From Candidatus Didemnitutus sp. (GTDB lineage Bacteria; Verrucomicrobiota; Verrucomicrobiia; Opitutales; Opitutaceae): a stretch of DNA of 64,000 bases. Numbering within the stretch: position 1 is the first letter of the stretch; each line of letters begins with the position of its first letter. Shown one piece after another: positions 54,401-61,540 of this stretch. The notes below the pieces were generated by a model. That model had not been told where the DNA came from. It ran no database searches and was given only the letters and a program-made list of their open reading frames with translations. The stretch is from positions 105,340 to 169,339 of the forward strand of contig JAYRJE010000015.1 of the NCBI GenBank assembly GCA_041906465.1, in the 5' to 3' direction. The translations under genes were made by a program, and so were the position numbers.

Positions 54401-57400
54401 TATGTGGCCGTCGGACGGAACGGGCGGGTTGTCGTCTCCACCGACGGCCTCAACTGGACGGCCCATCCCCAGGCGGAATCTCTGCTTTTTTATCGCGTCG
54501 TCTTTGGCGCCGGCGTCTTTGTCGCCACGGATGGGACAAACCTGTGGAGCTCGGCCGACGGCACGCAATGGACCGCACGGAACCGGCCGATAAAAAGCAG
54601 CGGCAGCTACACTGGGTTTGTTTCCAGCCTGGAATATGCCGACGGCAATTTCGTCGCCACGTATGGCAGCGACGTCCTCCGGTCGGCTAACGGCGTAGAC
54701 TGGCAGGTGCTGTCGGGCGTGCTGCCGCCGCCGGTGAACGGTAACTATTTCACCGGCCGACTCGTGGTGGCGGACGGCAAACTTTGGGCGATCGGTTCCA
54801 CCTTCGGCGGGCTTCCCTTCTGGCTGCGCGCTCCGCGTGTGGCCAGTCCGCCCGCCATCACGGCATCGCCGGCGGATGTCGTGATCGCCAGTGGTGGCAG
54901 CGCGACGCTGACGGTGGCTGCGAGCGGCTCGGACCTGACCTATCAATGGTATCGTGGTCCGGCGGGCGATGCTTCCAATCCGATCGTTGGCGCCAGCGGA
55001 GCATCCTACGTCACGCCCGCGCTGACTCAAACCGCGCAGTATTGGGTGCGGATCACCAACGCGGACGGTGCGGCAAGCAGTCCGACGGTGACGGTGGCCA
55101 TCGGCAGTGCGCCGGTCATCACGACTCACCCGGTCGATCTGGATGTCCTGGCCGGTTCCACGCCGAACCTCGCGGTCGTCGCTACCGGCAATCCGGCTCT
55201 CAGTTACCAGTGGTATCGCGGGGAGAGTGGCGATACGTCGCGACCGGTCGCCGGTGCGACCGGCGGCAGTTACACTCCGCCCACCGACGGCGCGTATGCC
55301 GTGCGGTATTGGGTGCGCGTGAGTAACACCTTGGGCACAGCGGACAGTCGCGCCGTGATTGTGACTCCATGGTTCGCTCGGAGCACGCTCGTCAATCAGT
55401 TGATCGCCGGAGTGGTTCACGGCGCGGGTCGCTGGGTGGTGCAGGGATTCTCCGACAACGATTACTTTTCGGACGATGGGGCTGCCTGGAGCAGAACAAC
55501 CACGGCCGTCGGCGGCCAAAGCGGTGGCCCGGTCGCGTGGGGCAACGGAATCTTTGTCGCCGCCGATTCCGACACGGTCGGCGCGCTTTGGGTTTCGTCG
55601 GACGGCAGCACGTGGAGGAAGATCTTCGTGCCGGGGAGCAGTGCCGGATTCACGCAGGTCGCTTACGCCGGAGGCTACCTGTTTGCGCTGGGCGCGGAAG
55701 GCAAGTTTGCGACGTCGGTCGACGGCACCAACTGGACGCTGCGCGGCGTCGGGAGCAGCGTGTATCTGCACGACGTTGCTTACGGCAACGGTCGTTACGT
55801 GATGGCGGCGGGACTCACCACGCACACTTCGACGGATTTGAGCGCGTGGGAATCCTTCGCCGTCGCGGACGGCGATATTCGAATCTCGGCGTTGAGCTTT
55901 GGAGCCGGAAAATTTGTGGCGGTCGGCGGAGCCAATCAGGGCCGGATCATGACCTCGACCGATGGCGCGAGTTGGACGGTGCGCTACACCTCCAACTCAA
56001 ACGGCGTTCACGATGTCGCGTTCAATGGCTCGCGCTTCGCGGTGTCCGCGAGCGACTACTTGCTCGTGTCGCGCGACGGGCTGGACTGGAGAGCGCTTTC
56101 GCTGCCTGAAACCTCCGTGATCGCATCCGGAGCCGGCCGTTTTCTGGCCGTCGGCAATTTTGCGGCCTGGCAGAGCGCGGCGGATGAGCTGCTCGGTCCG
56201 GTGATCACCGCGCAACCCACCCAACAGTCCGTGGTGGCCGGCGCGGATGCCACTTTCCGCGTTACTGCCGTCGGCGGCACGCTGACCTATCGCTGGCAGA
56301 AAGACGGCGTCGACCTTTCCGGCGCCACGGGTGCGACGCTTACGCTCGCCAACGTCACCGCTGCCGACGCGGGACTCTATTCCGTCGTGGTGACGAACGA
56401 GGCCGGCGCGGTGGTCTCGGAAGTTGCGCGCCTCACCGTCGTGGCATTGCCGCACCTCGTCGCTCAGCCCCAGGCGCAGACCATCAAGGAGGGACAGCCG
56501 ATCTACTTCGAGGTCGTCGTGGCGGGAGACGCTCCGACGACGTATGTGTGGTATCGGGACAACGTTCCCATCGCTGGCGCGATCGATGCGCGGCTCCGCT
56601 TCAGTGCGGTGCAGCCGAGTGATGCCGGCTCTTACACGGTGAAGGTGACCAACGCCGCGGGCTCGGTGACGTCCGCCCCGGCGATCCTGACGGTTGCGAC
56701 GGTCCCCGTCATTACTCTGCAGCCCGCGTCGCAAAGCACCACCATTGGCGTGCCGGTGAGCTTCACCCTCACGTCCACCGGGACGGGAATGTTTCACTAC
56801 CAATGGGAGACGTCGCCCGCGGGCTCCGACACCTGGAGCTATGTGCCGCTGGAGGCCGGCTACACCGGCGTCATGAGCCAGACGCTCACGGTCGTGTCGC
56901 CGACTGCCGCGGATAGCGGGCGGCGATTCCGCTGCGTGGTCATGGACGACGTGGGCTTGGCGCGGTCCCAAGCGGCGACGCTGACGGTCAGGCTCAATCC
57001 GCAGACGATCACGTTTGCGAGTCCTGGTGACCAGTCGTTCAGCTTCACGCCGCTCAAGCTCACCGCCAGCGCGAGCTCCGGTCTGCCGGTGAGTTTCGCG
57101 ATCGATTCGGGCCCGGCCAGCGTGGACGGTAACACGCTCACGCTCACTGGCACCGGCTCGGTGACCGTGCGCGCTTCGCAGGGAGGCGACGCGTCCTACG
57201 CCGCGGCGGCAAGCGTCGTGCGCACGTTCACGGTGACGGCCAGTTTCGCTTTCTGGCAGCTGAACGCATTCTCGCCTGCTGAGCGGAGCGATCCGACGGT
57301 TAGTGGTCCCCAGGCCGATCCCGATGCGGATGGAATTTCGAATCTGATGGAATACGCACTCGGCCTGGATGCCCGAAGCGCATCGGCGATGGGCGTGCCG

Positions 57401-57625
57401 GTCGTGGCGCTCGAGTCAGGCCACTGGTCGTTCACCTACACGCGACCGGCGGATCGCTCCGACGTCGTCTACACCGTCGAGCGGTCCGACGATCTTGTGC
57501 GCTGGAGTCGTGATGGTCTCGTGCACGCGCGCGTGTCGGTTGCGGACGGGGTTGAAACCTGGCGTGCAACCTATCCGACCGCTTCCGCCCCGGTTTGCTT
57601 TTTCCGGTTGGTGGTCACGCGCTGA
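51431..57625 (+). CDS. Large secreted/surface protein (about 2064 aa): RCC1-like propeller, two blocks of SxDGxxW repeats, Ig-like domains, QTITF domain, shared C-terminal domain
   Basis: ATG 51431 and signal peptide (MRTVRFPFIAAKWVMLACVVWSVSLAA); RCC1 blades at about 51750-52545; repeated 'V.YGxGxFVAV...xSxDGxxW' at about 53070-54840 and 55370-56190; shared CTD. Confidence 0.86.
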   Translation: MRTVRFPFIAAKWVMLACVVWSVSLAATPPSTSVIASGSSITFDATTEGATSYGWSRNGEYLGISSPQFVIENASALHAGSYQVSIVHSTGVSYRMFHVRVARSNVVQAWGDNTFGQCAVPAGLHDVVDLSAGQDHTLALRSDGTVVAWGRNDHGQCAVPVGLSGVVQVAAGADHSVALKADGSVVAWGLNTSGQCAVPAGLTGVGFVAAGGAHTIALKHDGTVVAWGDNAYGQTDIPYAIRPLRTISAGLTHNVAITDVGRVVAWGDNESGQSTPSWDTYATAVHAGEKFTAYLNSGRQLWYFGKLVPAMPSGSYAVALSGRARHGLALRADGSVVAWGPNVSGEGSIPAGIGNVQQVAAGRAHSVVALSGVPPTITLQPVAQTAAEGDSVAFTVAAGGAATYQWLHEGVALTDGGRFAGTSTATLTISPVQETDAGSYTVRMGNPFGEVTSQPALLAVHPLIVRAQGTALANSDGSQVTLSVSVSGVGPFTYQWYRGQSGDTSTPVNGGVSATLTVAQTTAADPYWVRVSNGMAQADSVTIPVGKWQVIDPVFGASPLYAVAYGGGNYVVVGGSVGYSTTGREWQVGAIESGADLRTVVHDGTRFVAAGTGGQVFVSGDGALWTKLRAADVNADTDLPHAAAVGNGTVVFLGFRQVLTSTDGTAWAWRVINADGQTIVLRSIAFGAGRFVAVGATSANFGSPCIFSSLDGVNWTQATVPLTSPNGSYKLGDLQQVHYLGGRFVALGMLAYSSNSNYVLSSTDGVTWSTAVASNLTVSPEFMALGNGQLVSADLRTSADGITWSASRGNLPPGHPRGLSFGNGLFFYLSYADNDTYSSIATSSDLSNWTTRTGFGVPEYVGYGSGRFVGFARERTGYSLDGLTWTATDGLGYSVATEDVSYGNGLFVARDTTGRNVTHYTSSDGITWTARTAAALNGTQVFATIRYLNGQWVGVSAGIGILTSPDAVTWTKCFADTNYYYRDIAYGAGRYVAVGRNGRVVVSTDGLNWTAHPQAESLLFYRVVFGAGVFVATDGTNLWSSADGTQWTARNRPIKSSGSYTGFVSSLEYADGNFVATYGSDVLRSANGVDWQVLSGVLPPPVNGNYFTGRLVVADGKLWAIGSTFGGLPFWLRAPRVASPPAITASPADVVIASGGSATLTVAASGSDLTYQWYRGPAGDASNPIVGASGASYVTPALTQTAQYWVRITNADGAASSPTVTVAIGSAPVITTHPVDLDVLAGSTPNLAVVATGNPALSYQWYRGESGDTSRPVAGATGGSYTPPTDGAYAVRYWVRVSNTLGTADSRAVIVTPWFARSTLVNQLIAGVVHGAGRWVVQGFSDNDYFSDDGAAWSRTTTAVGGQSGGPVAWGNGIFVAADSDTVGALWVSSDGSTWRKIFVPGSSAGFTQVAYAGGYLFALGAEGKFATSVDGTNWTLRGVGSSVYLHDVAYGNGRYVMAAGLTTHTSTDLSAWESFAVADGDIRISALSFGAGKFVAVGGANQGRIMTSTDGASWTVRYTSNSNGVHDVAFNGSRFAVSASDYLLVSRDGLDWRALSLPETSVIASGAGRFLAVGNFAAWQSAADELLGPVITAQPTQQSVVAGADATFRVTAVGGTLTYRWQKDGVDLSGATGATLTLANVTAADAGLYSVVVTNEAGAVVSEVARLTVVALPHLVAQPQAQTIKEGQPIYFEVVVAGDAPTTYVWYRDNVPIAGAIDARLRFSAVQPSDAGSYTVKVTNAAGSVTSAPAILTVATVPVITLQPASQSTTIGVPVSFTLTSTGTGMFHYQWETSPAGSDTWSYVPLEAGYTGVMSQTLTVVSPTAADSGRRFRCVVMDDVGLARSQAATLTVRLNPQTITFASPGDQSFSFTPLKLTASASSGLPVSFAIDSGPASVDGNTLTLTGTGSVTVRASQGGDASYAAAASVVRTFTVTASFAFWQLNAFSPAERSDPTVSGPQADPDADGISNLMEYALGLDARSASAMGVPVVALESGHWSFTYTRPADRSDVVYTVERSDDLVRWSRDGLVHARVSVADGVETWRATYPTASAPVCFFRLVVTR

Positions 57626-57668
57626 GCGCCGAGTCCACGGCAGGCGAAGAGCCGCACCACTCGGCGGG

Positions 57669-58565
57669 CTACTTTCCCGCGGCGCACGCCTGCCGAATTC
57701 GTTCGCGCAGCCAGCGGTGGGCGGGATCGGCGTCCATGCGGGGATGCCAGAGCAGCGATACGGTGAGCGGCCGACTCGGAAACGGCAGAGCGAAGGTGTG
57801 CAGCCCCGTGCGCAGCGTGGCGGTGTGCCGCCCGGGCACCGTGGCGACGAGATCGGTGGAGCCGGCCAGGGTGAGCGCCGCCGAGAAGCCGGTGAGGACC
57901 GTCCCGATTCGCCGCTCCAAGCCGAGCGCGGCGAGATCGGCGTCGACGGGACTTTTTTCGGATTCGCCGCGGGAAATGAGAATGTGGCTCGCCGCGAGGT
58001 AGCGTGTGGTCGTGATTTTGCCCCGGCTCAGGGCATGGCCCTTTCGCACGACGCCGACGAGGCGGTCGCGGAAAAGCGCCTGCGTGCGAATTTCCGGACT
58101 GAGCGTGGCGCCGACGACGCCGGTCTCGAGATCGACCGCGCCCTCCCGCAACAGGGCGCCGTCGCGGGTGACCTTCTGGACAAAATGGAGCGTGACGCCC
58201 GGCGCCTCCGCGCCGATCTGCGCGAGGAGCGCCGCGCCGAAATTTTCGACGAAGCCGTCGCTCGTCCGCAGCGTGAACGTGCGCCGCACGTGCTGCAGAT
58301 TGAGTCGCTCGACCGGCTGCAGCAGGCGCGTGGCTTGTGCGACGAGGGGGCCGACTTGCGCCCTGAGTTCGAGCGCACGCGGCGAGGGAACGAGATTCCG
58401 GCCCGCGCGCACAAGCAGCGGGTCGCCGGTGGTGACCCGCAGTCGCGCCATCGTGCGACTCATCGCCGACGGGCTCAGCCGCAGCCGTCTCGCCGCCCGG
58501 GCGATGCTTCCCTCCGTCAGCAGCGCGTCGAGCGCAACGAGCAGATTCAAGTCGGGGTGGGTCAT
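57669..58565 (-). CDS. LysR-family transcriptional regulator
   Basis: ATG at 58565: MTHPDLNLLVALDALLTEGSIARAARRLRLSPSAMSRTMARLR...GDPLLVRAGRNLVPSPRA, plus a substrate-binding domain. The ORF track over-extends it to 60617. Confidence 0.93.
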   Translation of the reverse strand: MTHPDLNLLVALDALLTEGSIARAARRLRLSPSAMSRTMARLRVTTGDPLLVRAGRNLVPSPRALELRAQVGPLVAQATRLLQPVERLNLQHVRRTFTLRTSDGFVENFGAALLAQIGAEAPGVTLHFVQKVTRDGALLREGAVDLETGVVGATLSPEIRTQALFRDRLVGVVRKGHALSRGKITTTRYLAASHILISRGESEKSPVDADLAALGLERRIGTVLTGFSAALTLAGSTDLVATVPGRHTATLRTGLHTFALPFPSRPLTVSLLWHPRMDADPAHRWLRERIRQACAAGK

Positions 58566-58596
58566 CGGGGCGGCGGGACTATCGGCCGACGTGGCG

Positions 58597-58618
58597 TGGC
58601 ATGCACTCATAAAGTGCA
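58597..58618. promoter_or_regulatory. Candidate LysR operator in the divergent promoter
   Basis: TGCAC-N7-GTGCA dyad (58602-58618), overlapping a T-N11-A string TGGCATGCACTCA (58597-58609), in the 99-bp gap between divergent genes. Confidence 0.45.
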
Positions 58619-58664
58619 CACGGCGCGCCTTCTGGGTTTGGGCGTGGTCGGCTATGCTGCGGGC

Positions 58665-59960
58665 ATGATCTCCACGCCCACGGTCAGCCATGAGCCGCGA
58701 ACGCCCCTTCGCCGGGGCACACGTGCGATGCTGATGGCGATTGGCGGAGCGTGGATAACCAGTGTGGCGTGGGCCGACCCGTTGTCGGATGCTGGCCCGC
58801 TTTCGTTCCAGTTGAACGCCGAGGCGCGTTTGCGCTACGAGGCCCGTGATGAATTGACGGGTGGTGCGCCGAGCAGGCGCTTGCTGACTCGAGGTCTCGT
58901 CGCCGCGTCGGCACGCAACGGCATCGGGGTCCGTGGCTATGGCGAGATTGTCATGGGCGAGGTGAGCGCGAGCCGGCGCACGGCTGCGCCCAACCTGCGC
59001 AACGCGGCGTCGCTGCAACAGCTGTGGCTGGGGTTGCCGGTGTTGCTCGGCGGGCATCGAGCCGAGGCGATCATCGGTCGGCAGGAGTTCGACGACGGTC
59101 CGAGGCAACTGCTGAGCGTGAGTGACGGCCCGAATCTCCACCGGACGTGGAATGGTGCGCGTCTCGCGCTGAAGGAGCGCGGCGTGCGGTGGGGAGCGTT
59201 TGCGTTTCGTGCCACGGAGTTGGGACGCCACGGTTTCGATGAGCGGGTAAGCCGCACCGAGAGTCTGAGCGGGATCACGGCGGGTATTGCGCTGCCCCGA
59301 TCGCTCGGCCTGCTGAACCTCGATCCGTTTTGGCTGCGCACGGCAAAATCCGGCGTCACGAGCGATACGGTCGGAGCCCGGGTGTGGGGGCAGCGCGGCG
59401 CGTGGACCTGCGATGTGAGCGCGGCGGTGCAGTCTCGGCGGCGGGGCAATCGGGAGAGCGAAGCGTGGGCTGTTTTTGCGTCGCAATCGATCGCCCTGAC
59501 GAAAAGCGGATGGAAGCCGCGCGTCGGCGTGCGCGTGGACGCCGCCTCCGGCGGAGGCGCCGATCCAACTCCCGCGGCGGGCCGGTTCGATCCGCTTTAC
59601 GCGAGTTCCAGTTACCTCGGCGAGGGGCTGTTTTTGAGCGCGAGCAATCTGTTCATGGTGTCGCCGGGTTTTTCTTTCACGCCGACTGCGCAGACGAAGG
59701 TCGGCGTCGACTACGGGTTCGCGCGGCGTCTCGACGAGCGCGATGCGGTGTTTGCCGGACAGCTGCGCGCTTATCCCGGCACGAACGCGGTGCGCGGTCG
59801 CGAGATTGGCGGTCTGTTTCGCGCGACGTTCAACTGGAACGTGAATCCACGCGTGGGCTTCGGTTTTGATTACGAGCACCTTTCGCGGGGGGAAGTTCTC
59901 GCCCGCGCGGAGCTGTCCGCGCGACGCTATGCCCACGGCAGTGTCACGCTTCGGTATTGA
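58665..59960 (+). CDS. Alginate-export (AlgE-like) outer-membrane beta-barrel family protein
   Basis: ATG 58665; signal peptide ending VAWA; EARLRYE, IGRQEFDDGPRQLLSVSDGPN..RTWNG, FDPLYASSSYLG; C-terminal aromatic residue (VTLRY). The ORF track over-extends the start to 57369. Confidence 0.72.
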   Translation: MISTPTVSHEPRTPLRRGTRAMLMAIGGAWITSVAWADPLSDAGPLSFQLNAEARLRYEARDELTGGAPSRRLLTRGLVAASARNGIGVRGYGEIVMGEVSASRRTAAPNLRNAASLQQLWLGLPVLLGGHRAEAIIGRQEFDDGPRQLLSVSDGPNLHRTWNGARLALKERGVRWGAFAFRATELGRHGFDERVSRTESLSGITAGIALPRSLGLLNLDPFWLRTAKSGVTSDTVGARVWGQRGAWTCDVSAAVQSRRRGNRESEAWAVFASQSIALTKSGWKPRVGVRVDAASGGGADPTPAAGRFDPLYASSSYLGEGLFLSASNLFMVSPGFSFTPTAQTKVGVDYGFARRLDERDAVFAGQLRAYPGTNAVRGREIGGLFRATFNWNVNPRVGFGFDYEHLSRGEVLARAELSARRYAHGSVTLRY

Positions 59961-59970
59961 GGGCGCACGC

Positions 59971-61428
59971 ATGAACGCCACGCCGGAACCAACGCCGCCT
60001 GTGACAGCAAGAGAACGCTCAGCCACGCGGTTCGCGCTGGCGGGGTTGTCGCTGGCGGTGCTGCTGTCGACGCTGAACACCAGCATCGTGAATGTCGCGC
60101 TCCCGACACTGAGCCGGGTTTTCGGTGCATCCACGCCAGCGGCGCAATGGACCGTCATCTCGTTCGTGCTCGCGATCACGACGCTGATTGTCAGCGCGGG
60201 ACGGTGGGCGGATATCGTGGGACGCAAACGTCTGCTGCTCGCGGGCGTGGTGCTCTTCACCCTGGCCGCGGCCGTGTGTGCGGCGGTGCCGAGTCTGTCG
60301 TGGCTGATCGCGGCGCGGTTTTTCCAAGGACTGGGCGCCGCCGTGATGATGGCCCTCAGCGTGGCGCTCATTGGCGATCTGGTGCCGAAGGAAAAGGCGG
60401 GGCGCGCGATGGGTCTGCTCGGCAGCATGTCAGCGATCGGAACGGCGCTCGGACCGGCGGTCGGCGGGTGGCTGATCGCCGCGTTTGGCTGGCGGGCGAT
60501 TTTTCTGGTGAGCGTGCCGCTCGGAGCGACGACGTTGCTGCTGCTGGCGCGGACGCTCCCGGCCGATCGCGCGCAACCGGCCGCGCGGGCGGGTGATTTC
60601 GACGGGTGGGGGACCATGCTGCTGGCGGCGAGCCTGGCGGCCTACGCGCTCGCACTCACGCGACATCGCGACGGCTTCGGCGCGGCGAATCTCGCGCTGC
60701 TGGCGACGGCCGTCGGAGTTGCGGCGCTGTTGGTGCGCACCCAGCGGCGCAGTGCGTCGCGCTTGCTGCCGCTGGCGCTGTGGAGGGACGCTTCGCTGCG
60801 CGCCGGTCTCGCCGCGAGCCTGCTCGTCGGCGCGGTGATGATGTCCACGCTGGTGGTCGGACCGTTTTATCTCGCGCAAACTCTCGCGGTGAGCGCCGGT
60901 GCGATGGGCATGGTGCTGGCGGTCGGCCCGGTGGTGGCGGCGCTCGTGGCCGGAATCGCGGGCCGGTGGGTGGATCGCGCCGGCACCCGGCGCACGACGC
61001 TGTTCGGGCTCGCCGCGGCGGTCAGCGGATGCCTTGCCCTCGCGCTTTTGCCAGAACGATGCGGCGTGGCGGGCTATGTGATTCCGGTCGCGGTGATGAC
61101 GGCGGGCTATGCGGTGTTTCAGACGGCCAACAACACTGCCGTGATGCACTGCGCGGCGCGGGAGCAACGCGGCTTGATCGCGGGCGTGTTGAATCTTTCG
61201 CGCAACCTCGGTCTTGTGACCGGCGCGTCACTTCTGGGCGGCGTGTTCGCGTTCGCGGCGGAACGTGCGACGACGGCGGGCCCCGAGGCCGTGGCGTTTG
61301 CCACGCGCACGACGTTCGCGGTCGCGACCGTTTTTATCGCCACGGCGATAGCGATCAGCCTGCGCGTGCCGCGGACCCGCGGGAGCGCAGCGGCTACAAA
61401 CACGGCTGCCGTGGCGCCGGTTCGATAA
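59971..61428 (+). CDS. MFS transporter, DHA2 (EmrB/QacA, 14-TMS) family
   Basis: ATG 59971; LNTSIVNVALPTL, motif A-like GRWADIVGRKR, ARFFQGLGAA, GPAVGGWL, WRAIFLVSVPLG. Confidence 0.92.
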   Translation: MNATPEPTPPVTARERSATRFALAGLSLAVLLSTLNTSIVNVALPTLSRVFGASTPAAQWTVISFVLAITTLIVSAGRWADIVGRKRLLLAGVVLFTLAAAVCAAVPSLSWLIAARFFQGLGAAVMMALSVALIGDLVPKEKAGRAMGLLGSMSAIGTALGPAVGGWLIAAFGWRAIFLVSVPLGATTLLLLARTLPADRAQPAARAGDFDGWGTMLLAASLAAYALALTRHRDGFGAANLALLATAVGVAALLVRTQRRSASRLLPLALWRDASLRAGLAASLLVGAVMMSTLVVGPFYLAQTLAVSAGAMGMVLAVGPVVAALVAGIAGRWVDRAGTRRTTLFGLAAAVSGCLALALLPERCGVAGYVIPVAVMTAGYAVFQTANNTAVMHCAAREQRGLIAGVLNLSRNLGLVTGASLLGGVFAFAAERATTAGPEAVAFATRTTFAVATVFIATAIAISLRVPRTRGSAAATNTAAVAPVR

Positions 61429-61540
61429 TCGCGTTATCACTCCCGATCCTTCAAGTAGCGCCCATTCCTCCCCAAAAAACTCTTCACGGTGCACGATAGG
61501 CCGTGGAGCTCCACGTATCGACCCCTGACCCCCGCCTCCC

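Noticed and set aside
57369-60617. Apparent 863-aa and 982-aa overlapping proteins
   Set aside because: ORF-caller extensions. The real LysR (57669-58565) and porin (58665-59960) are divergent and do not overlap.
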